A stretch of 32,000 nt of DNA from Demequinaceae bacterium (GTDB lineage Bacteria; Actinomycetota; Actinomycetes; Actinomycetales; Demequinaceae). A program made the position numbers and the translations under genes. Shown one piece after another: positions 1-9,146 of this stretch. The notes below the pieces were generated by a model. The model was not told the origin of the DNA. It did not search any database and was given only the letters and a program-made list of their open reading frames with translations. Location of the stretch: contig OZ252279.1 in the NCBI GenBank assembly GCA_965250005.1, positions 1,170,001 through 1,202,000 on the forward strand, read 5' to 3'. Every line of letters starts with the position of its first letter. The stretch's first letter is position 1.

Positions 1-1222
1 CGACCACCGGACGCGTATTGATCAGGGTCTGCGGCGTGATGGCCTCGACGTCCTGAGTCGTCATGCGTTCGCGGACGACGCGCTCCATGCGCGACAGCCC
101 GGTGCGGATTTGGTTCTGGATCAGTTCGCCAACTGCGCGAATCCGGCGGTTACCAAAGTGGTCAATGTCGTCGGTTTCGACGCGAAGTTCGCCACCGAGC
201 GACTTGAAGCTCTTGTTGCCCGCGTGGGCGGCGGCGATGTACTTGACCGTCGCGACGATGTCGTTGAGGCCTAGCACTGAGTCACCGAGCGGCGCGCCAA
301 CGCCGAGCTTCTTGTTCAGCTTGAAGCGGCCCACCTTCGCGAGGTCGTAGCGCTTGGAGTTGAAGTAGAAGTTGTCGAGCAGGTTGCGGCCAGCGTCAAC
401 CGTGGGCGGTTCGCCCGGACGCAACTTGCGGTAGAGGTCGACGAGTGCGTCGTCCTGCGACTCCACAGTGTCCTTGGCGAGCGTTTCTAGGACGGTCGGG
501 TAGTCCTTGAACTCTTTCGCGATCTCTTCGGTGGTCATGCCGAGAGCCTTGAGGAACAGCGTGACCGGCTGCTTGCGCTTACGGTCGACGCGGACGCCCA
601 CAGCGTCGCGCTTGTCGATCTCAAATTCGAGCCAAGCGCCGCGGGACGGAATGATCTTCGCGGTGAGGATATCTTTGTCCGTGGTCTTGTCAGGCGTGCG
701 CTCAAAGTAGACGCCCGGCGAGCGAACCAGCTGCGAAACGACGACGCGCTCGGTTCCGTTCACGATGAATGTGCCGCGGTCCGACATCAGTGGGAAGTCG
801 CCCATGAATACGGTCTGCGACTTAATCTCACCGGTGGTGTGGTTCATGAACTCGGCTGTCACAAAGAGCTGAGCGGCGAAGGTGAAGTCCTTCTCCTTGC
901 ACTCCTCGGGCGTATGGCGCGGCTCTTCGAAGTACGGGTCCGCGAAGGACAGCGACATGGTCTGGCCGAAGTCCTCGATCGGAGAGATCTCCTCGAAGAT
1001 CTCCTTGAGGCCTGCTACCTCGGGGACGTCGTTTCTCTTCGCTTTCTGGGCAGCGGCTACGCGACCCTTCCATTTCTCATTGCCGAGCAACCAGTCAAAC
1101 GACTCGGTCTGCAGGCCAATGAGGTTCGGAACCTCAATGGGTTCCGCGATCTGGGCGAACGAAACGCGGCGCGAGGCGCTGCGGTTCTTAATGGCAGAAG
1201 CTGAGGTGCGCGAGGCAGCCAA
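1..1222 (-). CDS. rpoB: DNA-directed RNA polymerase subunit beta, N-terminal part (runs off the left edge)
   Basis: Reverse-strand translation from a TTG at 1222 gives [61 protein letters not shown]...[19 protein letters not shown], typical of the RpoB N-terminus. GGGAAGG Shine-Dalgarno sequence 8 nt upstream. Not in the ORF track because it runs off the edge. Confidence 0.95.
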   Translation of the reverse strand, partial: MAASRTSASAIKNRSASRRVSFAQIAEPIEVPNLIGLQTESFDWLLGNEKWKGRVAAAQKAKRNDVPEVAGLKEIFEEISPIEDFGQTMSLSFADPYFEEPRHTPEECKEKDFTFAAQLFVTAEFMNHTTGEIKSQTVFMGDFPLMSDRGTFIVNGTERVVVSQLVRSPGVYFERTPDKTTDKDILTAKIIPSRGAWLEFEIDKRDAVGVRVDRKRKQPVTLFLKALGMTTEEIAKEFKDYPTVLETLAKDTVESQDDALVDLYRKLRPGEPPTVDAGRNLLDNFYFNSKRYDLAKVGRFKLNKKLGVGAPLGDSVLGLNDIVATVKYIAAAHAGNKSFKSLGGELRVETDDIDHFGNRRIRAVGELIQNQIRTGLSRMERVVRERMTTQDVEAITPQTLINTRPVV

Positions 1223-1532
1223 GGGTGGGTCCTTCCCAACGGTCCGTGCGTGGCGACGCAACCTGAATCAGGACTCCACCGGACCCCGGGGCTAGGCCGC
1301 TAGAAGCGGTTGCACGCCGGGAAGGCATATGAGGGCAGGACGATAGGAAGCGCAACTCGTGATTCTACACACGATGCGCGCACCTGTCTAGACGGTCCGC
1401 GCCCTGAGGACATCGGATCTCCCAGCCGCCTTGGCTGGTCGTCGCCGCCTACCATACAGAAGGCCGCCGACACTGCCTAGGGTCGTGACCAATTCGAAAC
1501 CTTTGGGGTTTCCCCGGATTGCACCATCAGCG

Positions 1533-1576
1533 CAAAAAGAAAAGGTCGGGACGACGCCGAGGCATCGTCCCGACCT
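1533..1576 (-). terminator. Rho-independent terminator downstream of rplL
   Basis: Perfect 12-bp stem AGGTCGGGACGA/TCGTCCCGACCT (1543-1554 / 1565-1576), followed on the minus strand by TTTTCTTTTT. Confidence 0.85.
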
Positions 1577-1593
1577 GATCGGTCGAGCAGGTA

Positions 1594-1977
1594 CTACTTG
1601 AGGGTCACCGTGGCGCCGGCTGCCTCGAGGGCCTCCTTGGCCTTGTTGGCGTCCTCCGTCTTTGCGCCTTCAAGAACGGTCTTAGGGGCTTCGTCCACGA
1701 GCGCCTTGGCCTCACCGAGGCCGAGGTTGGTCAGTGCACGGACTTCCTTGATGACCTGGATTTTCTTGTCGCCAACCGACTCGAGGACCACATCGAACTC
1801 GTCCTTCACTTCGGCCGCGCCACCGGCGTCGCCGGCAGCAGGTGCAGCAACTGCAGCAACAGGTGCGGCAGCGGTGACCTCAAAGGTCTCTTCGAACGCC
1901 TTCACGAACTCAGAGAGTTCGACGAGGGTCAGTTCCTTGAACGCATCGATCAACTGATCGGTGGTGAGCTTTGCCAT
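1594..1977 (-). CDS. rplL: 50S ribosomal protein L7/L12
   Basis: 127 aa, [34 protein letters not shown]...[39 protein letters not shown]. Confidence 0.98.
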   Translation of the reverse strand: MAKLTTDQLIDAFKELTLVELSEFVKAFEETFEVTAAAPVAAVAAPAAGDAGGAAEVKDEFDVVLESVGDKKIQVIKEVRALTNLGLGEAKALVDEAPKTVLEGAKTEDANKAKEALEAAGATVTLK

Positions 1978-2029
1978 GGTGGCTTTCCTTCCTTAACCTG
2001 CGTGAGCAGAGAGTGACGGGTTGTTGCGG

Positions 2030-2551
2030 CTAGGCCGCGTTTTCCTGCTTCTCGCGCAGGGCGTCGACGGTGCGTGCTGTCTGAGACAGCGGCGCCTGGA
2101 ATAGATATGCCGCACCGAACAGAGACGCCTTGAATGCGCCTGCTGCCTTGGCGAGCAGTACTTCGCGGGACTCGAGGCTTGCGAGTTTGATGAACTCATC
2201 AGCAGAGACGACGGCGCCCTCAAGGAGCCCGCCCTTGATGACGAGCGCTTCGTTGTCTTTGCTGAAATCACGCAATCCTTTTGCGGCCGCCACCGGATCA
2301 CCGGAAACGAACGCAATGGCCGTGGGGCCGGAGAAGAGGTCATCGAGACCCTCTACGCCGGCTTCCTTGGCCGCGAGCGCCGTAAGAGTGTTCTTTGCAA
2401 CCGTGTAGGTTGCGGCGTCGCGGATACCGTCGCGCAGCTCTGCGAGCTGAGGGACGCTAAGGCCGCGGTACTCGGTGACGATCACAGCGTCGGCCTGGCG
2501 GAACTGATCCGCTAGAGCCTTGACTGCGGCCACCTTGTCTGGCGTCGCCAT
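2030..2551 (-). CDS. rplJ: 50S ribosomal protein L10
   Basis: ORF 2030..2644; likely start is the internal ATG at 2551 ([40 protein letters not shown]), preceded by GGAAGGAC. Confidence 0.95.
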   Translation of the reverse strand: MATPDKVAAVKALADQFRQADAVIVTEYRGLSVPQLAELRDGIRDAATYTVAKNTLTALAAKEAGVEGLDDLFSGPTAIAFVSGDPVAAAKGLRDFSKDNEALVIKGGLLEGAVVSADEFIKLASLESREVLLAKAAGAFKASLFGAAYLFQAPLSQTARTVDALREKQENAA

Positions 2552-2559
2552 GGTTGTCC

Positions 2560-2720
2560 TTCCGTTAATGAGACCGCCCGTCCCCAACAGAAGAGCCCCG
2601 CACAGGGCGGGGCTGAAATGACAAAGGCGGCCAAGGCCGCCCAAGTTCTGCGCGACCTAGGGCCACACATTCAACTCGTTCCTGCGCTGGTCTCCACCGA
2701 TGTGGAACTTCAGACTTGCC
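2560..2720 (-). promoter_or_regulatory. Probable L10-type leader RNA upstream of rplJ
   Basis: Long non-coding 5' region between the rplA terminator and rplJ, with strong minus-strand hairpins: GGCGGCC/GGCCGCC around 2627-2642 and AGCCCCG...CGGGGCT (2594-2614). Location matches L10 autoregulatory leaders; no covariance-model search was run. Confidence 0.45.
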
Positions 2721-2825
2721 GGTCACCTTGCGGATCCCGACGCGTCAACCTGCGGTCTTGGGCGTTGGCAATGGTACGTGCACACTGGTTCCCGCGCAAA
2801 TCCGTGGTGTGGTGCCAGGAAGTGA

Positions 2826-2858
2826 GAAAGGGCCGCCTCCCCTGTGGGAAGCGGCCCT
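2826..2858 (-). terminator. Rho-independent terminator downstream of rplA
   Basis: Stem AGGGCCGC...GCGGCCCT (2829-2836 / 2851-2858), followed by TTTCTC on the minus strand. Confidence 0.75.
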
Positions 2859-2875
2859 CGTCTCAGACTATGCGG

Positions 2876-3583
2876 CTACGCGGCGTCGGCTTCAGTCGAA
2901 GCGGACGTGTCCACGAGAATGCCGGGGCCCGTCGTCGACGAGATCACGCACTTGATGATGTAGCGGCCCTTCGAGGAGGCGGGCTTGGAACGCTGCACCT
3001 CGTCAAGAATGGTCGTGAAGTTCTCGATCAGCTTCTCGTCTCCGAACGACGCCTTGCCAATCACGGAGTGGAGGTTCGCGTGCTTGTCGACACGGAACTC
3101 GATCTTTCCCCCCTTGATATCGGAAACGGCTTTCGCCACGTCCATGGTGACGGTGCCGGTCTTGGGGTTCGGCATGAGGCCGCGCGGACCAAGCACCTTT
3201 CCGAGACGGCCAACTTTGCCCATCAGATCGGGGGTGGCAACGACCGCATCGAATGCGACCTTTCCAGCCATGACTTCTGCAATAAGTTCGTCGCCACCGA
3301 CGATGTCAGCGCCGGCCACCTTCGCCGCGTCTGCCTTCTCAGCGTTGGCGAACACGAGCACCTTGGGGTTCCTACCTGTGCCGTTCGGAAGGATGACGGT
3401 CGAGCGGACCGCCTGGTCTGCCTGCCGTGGGTCGACGCCCAGACGGAAGACGATCTCGATCGTCGCATCCGCCTTCTTGGACGATGTCTTTTGTGCGAGG
3501 CGGATCGCCTCTAGCGGTGTGTAGGCCGTCTCCGGATCGACGAGCTGTGTCGCGTCCCGGTAGGCCCTGCTGCGCTTGGTCAT
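2876..3583 (-). CDS. rplA: 50S ribosomal protein L1
   Basis: [73 protein letters not shown] opens at 3589; ATG at 3583 has AGGAG upstream. Confidence 0.96.
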   Translation of the reverse strand: MTKRSRAYRDATQLVDPETAYTPLEAIRLAQKTSSKKADATIEIVFRLGVDPRQADQAVRSTVILPNGTGRNPKVLVFANAEKADAAKVAGADIVGGDELIAEVMAGKVAFDAVVATPDLMGKVGRLGKVLGPRGLMPNPKTGTVTMDVAKAVSDIKGGKIEFRVDKHANLHSVIGKASFGDEKLIENFTTILDEVQRSKPASSKGRYIIKCVISSTTGPGILVDTSASTEADAA

Positions 3584-3644
3584 CTGCAATTCTCCTTAGC
3601 AGTCGTGGTGACGGGCCAGCGCGGCCCTCCCACTTGGTGAACCG

Positions 3645-4073
3645 TCAATTAACGGTGATGCCCATGGAACGGGCGGTGCCTGCGATGATCTTCGCCGCGG
3701 CGTCGATGTCGTTTGCGTTGAGGTCTGCCATCTTGGCCGTTGCGATCTCGCGCACCTGAGCGTCGGTGATTGAACCGACCTTTTCGGTGTGCGGGACACC
3801 AGAACCCTTAGCGACGCCAGCAGCCTTTTTGATGAGCTCCGATGCGGGCGGGGTCTTGGTGATGAACGTGAACGAGCGGTCTTCGTAGACCGTGATCTCG
3901 ACCGGAACGATGTTGCCACGCTGCGACTCAGTAGCCGCGTTGTAGGCCTTGCAGAACTCCATGATGTTGACGCCGTGCTGGCCGAGGGCAGGACCGACGG
4001 GCGGTGCGGGGTTCGCAGCGCCTGCCTGAATCTGCAACTTGATCAGTCCGGCGACCTTCTTGGGGGGTGCCAT
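3645..4073 (-). CDS. rplK: 50S ribosomal protein L11
   Basis: 142 aa, [68 protein letters not shown]. Confidence 0.98.
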   Translation of the reverse strand: MAPPKKVAGLIKLQIQAGAANPAPPVGPALGQHGVNIMEFCKAYNAATESQRGNIVPVEITVYEDRSFTFITKTPPASELIKKAAGVAKGSGVPHTEKVGSITDAQVREIATAKMADLNANDIDAAAKIIAGTARSMGITVN

Positions 4074-4131
4074 GGCTTGTTCCTTTTCCTATCTAGTGGC
4101 GACTGACGCCGCCGATTAATTCGAACAGGCC

Positions 4132-5121
4132 CTAGAGCTTCTGGACCTGATCGAACGAGAGCTCGACCGGGGTTTCGCGGCCGAAGATTGAGACGAGGAC
4201 GTGGAGCTTCTGGCCCTCCGCGTTGATCTCGGAAATGGTGCCGGGGAGGGTCGCGAACGGGCCGTCGATAACGGTGATTGATTCGTCCACCACAAAGTCC
4301 ACCTCGATCGAAGACTTGGCCTGGCCGTCAGGAGTCGCCTCGTCAAGCTCGGGCGCTCTTTCCGGCGGCGCGAGCATCGAGTAGACCTCGTCGATGGTGA
4401 GCGGAACCGGCTGGTGGGCGTGGCCCACGAACCCGGTGACGCCGGGGGTGTTCCTCACGGTGCCCCACGACTCGTCGGTCAAGTGCATGCGTACGAGCAC
4501 ATAGCCCGGAATGCGGACGCGAACCACGGTGCGCTTCTGTGCATTTCGGATCTCCGTCACCTCTTCCATCGGAACCTCAACCTGGAAGATGTACTCCTCC
4601 ATGTGGAGGCTCTCAATGCGGTGCTCTATCGCTTGTTTGACGCGCTTCTCGTGGCCCGAATACGAGTGCACCACGAACCATTCGCCGTCGCGCATCTTCA
4701 GTTCGGCCTTGAATTCGGCCGACGGGTCAACGGGCGGCTCGGCGTCATCCGCGGGCGCTGCCTCGGCGTCACCCGAGGGAGCTTCCTCGGTGACGGCTGC
4801 GTCCTCGGCTGGAGCTGCGTCCTCAATTGCGGCGACTTCCTCTGCCGCGGGCGCTTCTTCAGCGGCGGCGGGCTCCACGGCAACCGGGGTTGCCTCGGCG
4901 GGCTCGATCACGATTGCGGATTCGATAGAGTCGGTCGCTTCGTCCGAGCTCGCAGTCATCTCTTCCACGGCAGTCGCGGCATCGGCAGCAAGGGCCTCTG
5001 CGGCGTCGGTCACCGTGTCGGCTGCATCGGCGACGGCGCCAGCCGCGTCGTCCACCGTCGGAACCTCAGCCGCTTGCTCGTTGGTCACTGCTTCTCCTAC
5101 GTTCTCGTTGTTCTCAGTCAT
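4132..5121 (-). CDS. nusG: Transcription termination/antitermination protein NusG with a long acidic N-terminal extension
   Basis: C-terminal part has the NusG NGN and KOW pattern ([41 protein letters not shown]...[29 protein letters not shown]...[43 protein letters not shown]). Likely ATG at 5121 within ORF 4132..5142. Confidence 0.95.
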   Translation of the reverse strand: MTENNENVGEAVTNEQAAEVPTVDDAAGAVADAADTVTDAAEALAADAATAVEEMTASSDEATDSIESAIVIEPAEATPVAVEPAAAEEAPAAEEVAAIEDAAPAEDAAVTEEAPSGDAEAAPADDAEPPVDPSAEFKAELKMRDGEWFVVHSYSGHEKRVKQAIEHRIESLHMEEYIFQVEVPMEEVTEIRNAQKRTVVRVRIPGYVLVRMHLTDESWGTVRNTPGVTGFVGHAHQPVPLTIDEVYSMLAPPERAPELDEATPDGQAKSSIEVDFVVDESITVIDGPFATLPGTISEINAEGQKLHVLVSIFGRETPVELSFDQVQKL

Positions 5122-5125
5122 GGGG

Positions 5126-5383
5126 CTATCCACCGAACACAATCTCGGCGAGCTTGGTGAAGCTCAGGTCGAACGCAAAAACGATGGCCATCATCACGGC
5201 GACGAAGATGAGCACAACGATGGTGTAGCGGCGCAACTCTTCAAGCGTGGGCGTGACGACGCGGCGGAGTTCGGACGCCACCTGGCGCACGAACAGAGCG
5301 ACGCGTCCAAAGAGGCCTCGCCCGTCGCGGGACTCGTGGCGCGGGTCGTTCTCGCCGGAGTCCGTGATGGCAGATTCGCTCAC
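5126..5383 (-). CDS. secE: Preprotein translocase subunit SecE
   Basis: [88 protein letters not shown] start at 5383 preceded by AAAGGAC; located between tRNA-Trp and nusG. Confidence 0.9.
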   Translation of the reverse strand: MSESAITDSGENDPRHESRDGRGLFGRVALFVRQVASELRRVVTPTLEELRRYTIVVLIFVAVMMAIVFAFDLSFTKLAEIVFGG

Positions 5384-5428
5384 CGTATGTCCTTTGTTTG
5401 AAATGATTCGCGGAAGTCCCGCGATACG

Positions 5429-5501
5429 CAGGGCAGGAGGGACTCGAACCCCCAACCGTCGGTTTTGGAGACCGATGCGCTACCAATTGCGCCACTGCCC
5501 T
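5429..5501 (-). tRNA. tRNA-Trp (CCA anticodon)
   Basis: Minus strand AGGGCAGTGGCGCAATTGGTAGCGCATCGGTCTCCAAAACCGACGGTTGGGGGTTCGAGTCCCTCCTGCCCTG folds as a cloverleaf, anticodon loop CTCCAAA. Confidence 0.95.
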
Positions 5502-5706
5502 TCGGGAGTGATGGGACCCCCGCCAGCTACCTTCACCATCACGATCCGCACGCGGGCGCGCGTCATCATGACGAATGTCAATCGCCGACGAGCAAGCATA
5601 CGCCCTCCGGCGGCGTGAGGCGAACCCTCGCCGCCTCATCGGGCCGTGTGACCCGGCGCTCCGGAACGTGCGTCCGGGCGCCCCGACCAGTGCCAGAATA
5701 GATGCT

Positions 5707-6921
5707 GTGAACGCAAAGCCCTCCCGCCCCCGCCTGTCCAAGCGCCTTGGCGCCATCGCCCCATCTGCCACGCTCGCGGTCGACGCTAAAGCCAAGGCGC
5801 TCAAAGCTGCGGGCAGGCCGGTTATCGGCTTCGGCGCCGGCGAGCCCGACTTTGCGACGCCGCAGTTCATTGTGGACGCCGCGGTCGCTGCGGCGAAGGA
5901 CCCCGCTAATCACCGCTACTCGCCGGCCGCAGGGCTCCCCGAGCTGCGAGAAGCCATTGCCGCCAAGACTCAACGCGACTCGGGATATGCCATTGAGCCC
6001 GCATCGACGCTCGTGACCAACGGGGGCAAGCAGGCGGTCTTCCAGGCCTTCGCGGCGATCCTTGACCCTGGCGACGAGGTGCTGCTGCCCGCGCCGTACT
6101 GGACCACCTACCCGGAGGCAATCTCCCTCACCGGCGCGCGCACGGTCGAGGTCTTCGCCGGAGCAGACCAAGGCTACAAGGTCACGCTCGAGCAGCTCGA
6201 GGCCGCGCGCACGGACAAGACCAAGGCCCTTCTTTTTTGCTCCCCGTCGAACCCCACGGGCGCCGTCTACTCTCCCGCGGCCACCAAGGCGATCGGCGAG
6301 TGGGCACTTGAGCACAGCATCTGGGTCGTCACCGACGAGATCTACGAACACCTCACCTACGACCAAGCCGCCTTTACGCCGATTCTCTCCGCGGTGCCCG
6401 ATTTGACCGAAACCTGCATCGTGGTGAACGGCGTTGCCAAGACGTACGCCATGACCGGCTGGCGGGTCGGATGGATGGTCGGCCCCAAGGACGTCATCAA
6501 GGCGGCCACCAACTTCCAGACGCACCTCACGAGCAATGTCGCGAATGTGTCCCAGCGAGCCGCGATCGCCGCGCTTGAGGGCGGGCTTGAAGAGGTCGCG
6601 CTCATGCGCGACGCCTTCGACCGGCGCCGCAAGACGATGGTGAAGATGCTTTCCCAGATCGACGGAATCGATTGCCCCGTTCCCGACGGCGCCTTCTACG
6701 CCTACCCGTCTGTCGAGGGCGTGCTCGGACGTGAAATCCGAGGCAAGATTCCCACCACCTCGGCTGAACTCGCGGCGATCATCCTCGAGGAGGTTGAAGT
6801 GGCTGTGGTCCCAGGCGAGGCGTTCGGTCCATCCGGGTACATGCGCCTCAGCTACGCCCTCGGCGACGAGGATCTTGCTGTGGGAGTCAGCCGTATCCAG
6901 GCGCTGCTCTCCGAGGGGTAG
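5707..6921 (+). CDS. Pyridoxal phosphate-dependent aminotransferase, aspartate aminotransferase type
   Basis: ORF 5575..6921; homologous region starts near GTG 5707 ([54 protein letters not shown]). Family motifs [13 protein letters not shown] and [18 protein letters not shown]. Confidence 0.92.
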   Translation: MNAKPSRPRLSKRLGAIAPSATLAVDAKAKALKAAGRPVIGFGAGEPDFATPQFIVDAAVAAAKDPANHRYSPAAGLPELREAIAAKTQRDSGYAIEPASTLVTNGGKQAVFQAFAAILDPGDEVLLPAPYWTTYPEAISLTGARTVEVFAGADQGYKVTLEQLEAARTDKTKALLFCSPSNPTGAVYSPAATKAIGEWALEHSIWVVTDEIYEHLTYDQAAFTPILSAVPDLTETCIVVNGVAKTYAMTGWRVGWMVGPKDVIKAATNFQTHLTSNVANVSQRAAIAALEGGLEEVALMRDAFDRRRKTMVKMLSQIDGIDCPVPDGAFYAYPSVEGVLGREIRGKIPTTSAELAAIILEEVEVAVVPGEAFGPSGYMRLSYALGDEDLAVGVSRIQALLSEG

Positions 6922-6990
6922 TTAGCTTCACGGAATTTCATCCGCTGGGACGATGCGCGTCAGGGTGGTTCGCGCGCTACTGTCGCACTC

Positions 6991-7857
6991 ATGAGCAATA
7001 TAGCCATCAGTATCCGTGGGCTCGAGAAGCACTACGGGGAAAAACGGGCGGTCGACGGCGTCGACCTCGACATCAAGTCTGGCGAGGTCTTTGCCCTGCT
7101 GGGCCCCAACGGCGCAGGCAAGTCGACCACCGTCGAGATCCTCGAGGGCTACCGCAAGCGCAACAGCGGTGAGGTGCGCGTTCTGGGCGTCGACCCGGCC
7201 AAGCCCACGCGCGAGTGGCGCGAGCGTCTGGGGATTATGCTGCAGAGCACATCGTCGGTCACGCTCCTCACTCCACGCGAAGCGATCGCGCACAGCGCGA
7301 GCCTCTATCCAGACTCCCTCGATGTGGAGCACGTCATCGACGTGGTTGGCCTAGCCGACAAGGCAGACGCCCGCGCGAACACCCTGTCCGGCGGTCAACG
7401 CAGGCGCCTCGACGTCGGGCTCGCAATCGTGGGCCAACCCGAACTGATCTTCATGGACGAGCCGACCACAGGCTTCGACCCCGAGGCCCGGCGTCGGTTT
7501 TGGAAGCTCATCGAGTCACTGCGAGACGGCGGCACCACGGTGCTGCTGACCACTCACTACCTCGACGAGGCCGAGTTCCTGGCCGACCGTCTCGCGGTGA
7601 TTGCAAACGGCAAAATCGTGGCCGAAGACACGCCCAAGGGCCTACGCGCCCGAGCGGCCCAGGCAACAGTCTCGTGGACGGAATCGGCCGGCAACCGCAG
7701 CGAAGTCACCGCGACTCCAACTGCCGTGGTGCGCGAATTGCTCGCGAAGACCAAGGGAGAAATTCTTGATCTCGAGGTCCGCCACCCGTCCCTCGAAGAC
7801 GTGTACCTCGAACTCATCCGAGAGAACGACGCTACGGAAGCGGAGGCTGCGGCATGA
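6991..7857 (+). CDS. ABC transporter ATP-binding protein (multidrug/daunorubicin-type exporter family)
   Basis: Walker A GPNGAGKST, signature LSGGQRRRLDVG, Walker B LIFMDEPTTGFD. Confidence 0.93.
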   Translation: MSNIAISIRGLEKHYGEKRAVDGVDLDIKSGEVFALLGPNGAGKSTTVEILEGYRKRNSGEVRVLGVDPAKPTREWRERLGIMLQSTSSVTLLTPREAIAHSASLYPDSLDVEHVIDVVGLADKADARANTLSGGQRRRLDVGLAIVGQPELIFMDEPTTGFDPEARRRFWKLIESLRDGGTTVLLTTHYLDEAEFLADRLAVIANGKIVAEDTPKGLRARAAQATVSWTESAGNRSEVTATPTAVVRELLAKTKGEILDLEVRHPSLEDVYLELIRENDATEAEAAA

Positions 7858-8657
7858 GTCGCCCGTCGCTCGCAGCGCTGTCGTGGGAACGCGCACTCCT
7901 GGAGACCAAGGAGTTCATCCGCAGCAAAGACCAAATGATCTTCATTTTCCTTTTCCCCATCATGTTCATGGTCTTGTTCGGGGCGATATTCCAGGCCCAA
8001 GAACTCGAGTTTGGCGTGTCCTTCACGCACTACCTGATGGCCGGGCTCATCGCCTCGGGAATCCTCAACACTGGCTTCCAGTCCCTGGCAATCGGTATCG
8101 CCATCGACCGCGACAACGACGTTCTCAAGAGACTGCGGGGAACGCCCCTCCCTGTCCCCGCGTTCTTCGCCGGAAAAGTCCTCCACGTGCTCATGGTGTC
8201 TGTAGTGCAAATTGCGTTCGTGATCGCCGTGGGCGTGGTCGGGTATGGCGTTCCACTGCCCACGGAGGCATCGACCTGGCTCACGTTCACCTGGGTGTTC
8301 CTGCTGGGAACCGCAGCCTCGACCTTGCTGGGCATTGGTGCCTCGTCACTGCCACGAACCGGGCGCGCGGCGTCGGCCGTGGTCACGCCCATAGTCCTTG
8401 TCCTGCAATTCACGTCGGGCGTCTTCTTTGTATTCACGATGCTGCCGACGTGGCTCCAAACGTTCGCCGAGGTGTTCCCGCTCAAGTGGCTCGCGCAAGG
8501 CATGCGGGCCGTGTTCCTACCTGACGAGTTCGCCGCCGCCGAGGCGCGAATGAGCTGGGAGTTACCGACAGGCGCGCTTGTGCTCGCTGGTTGGGTGGTG
8601 GTTGGGCTTGTGCTCGCGCTCAAGACATTCCGCTGGCAGCGGCCTGGCGACAACTAG
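7854..8657 (+). CDS. ABC-2 type transporter permease
   Basis: 267 aa hydrophobic protein; start overlaps the ATPase stop; ABC-2 type pattern (FIFLFPIMFMVLFGAIF...LVLQFTSGVFFVFTMLPTWLQTFAEVFPLKWLAQGMRAVFLP). Confidence 0.9.
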   Translation: MSRPSLAALSWERALLETKEFIRSKDQMIFIFLFPIMFMVLFGAIFQAQELEFGVSFTHYLMAGLIASGILNTGFQSLAIGIAIDRDNDVLKRLRGTPLPVPAFFAGKVLHVLMVSVVQIAFVIAVGVVGYGVPLPTEASTWLTFTWVFLLGTAASTLLGIGASSLPRTGRAASAVVTPIVLVLQFTSGVFFVFTMLPTWLQTFAEVFPLKWLAQGMRAVFLPDEFAAAEARMSWELPTGALVLAGWVVVGLVLALKTFRWQRPGDN

Positions 8658-8726
8658 GCCGGTGGGCGCGCGCCCCTGGCGGCGAATCTGAGAGGCCTCT
8701 CAGGAACCGAGGCGCACGGTAGAGAC

Positions 8727-9092
8727 ATGAACACCAACACGCGATACATCCTGACCGCTACGGCAGCTGCAGGAGGACTGTTCTTCGTCGGCGCTACTGC
8801 GAACGCGATCGTGGGAGACAACAAGCCCGCCTCCGCCACCATTGGCGAAGCCGTTGAGGTCCCCGCGGCCGAGGTCACCCCCGACGTCACGGTGGGCACC
8901 GCGCCCGAGGTCGTCGAAGCACCTGAGGTCCTCGACCTAGATGACGGGCTGGACACAGGTGGATGGGGCTTCGACACTTCCCCCACCGCCCACGACGATG
9001 ATGACGACGAGCACGACGACGAGCACGACGACGACGAGCACGACGACGAGCACGACGACGACGAGCACGACGACAACGAGCACGACGACTAG
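8727..9092 (+). CDS. Small predicted exported or membrane-anchored protein with a C-terminal Asp/His/Glu repeat tail; function unknown
   Basis: 121 aa: N-terminal hydrophobic stretch (YILTATAAAGGLFFVGATANAIV), then TAHDDDDDEHDDEHDDDEHDDEHDDDEHDDNEHDD. Confidence 0.75.
   Translation: MNTNTRYILTATAAAGGLFFVGATANAIVGDNKPASATIGEAVEVPAAEVTPDVTVGTAPEVVEAPEVLDLDDGLDTGGWGFDTSPTAHDDDDDEHDDEHDDDEHDDEHDDDEHDDNEHDD
8991..9089 (+). repeat. Tandem codon-level repeat encoding alternating DDEH and DDDEH units
   Basis: GACGACGAGCAC and GACGACGACGAGCAC units alternate (12 + 15 bp, giving a 27-bp higher-order period) up to the stop codon. Confidence 0.85.
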
Positions 9093-9146
9093 CCCCGATC
9101 GGCCGCTCGGCGCACTAGCGTGGAACGGTAGACGGAAGGAACACTC

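Noticed and set aside
1220-1593. Possible disruption of rpoB, since no full-length ORF is listed in the track
   Set aside because: Hand translation shows an intact N-terminus in one frame to the window edge; the track omitted it because the stop lies outside the window.
2618-3514. 298-aa plus-strand ORF antisense to rplA
   Set aside because: Covers the conserved L1 gene; no family resemblance.
5578-6525. 315-aa minus-strand ORF antisense to the aminotransferase
   Set aside because: The opposite strand encodes clear aminotransferase motifs; this frame looks like a codon-bias artefact.
8991-9089. Short tandem repeats considered as a CRISPR array or VNTR outside a gene
   Set aside because: No spacers; repeats are in frame inside a CDS and encode D/E/H residues.
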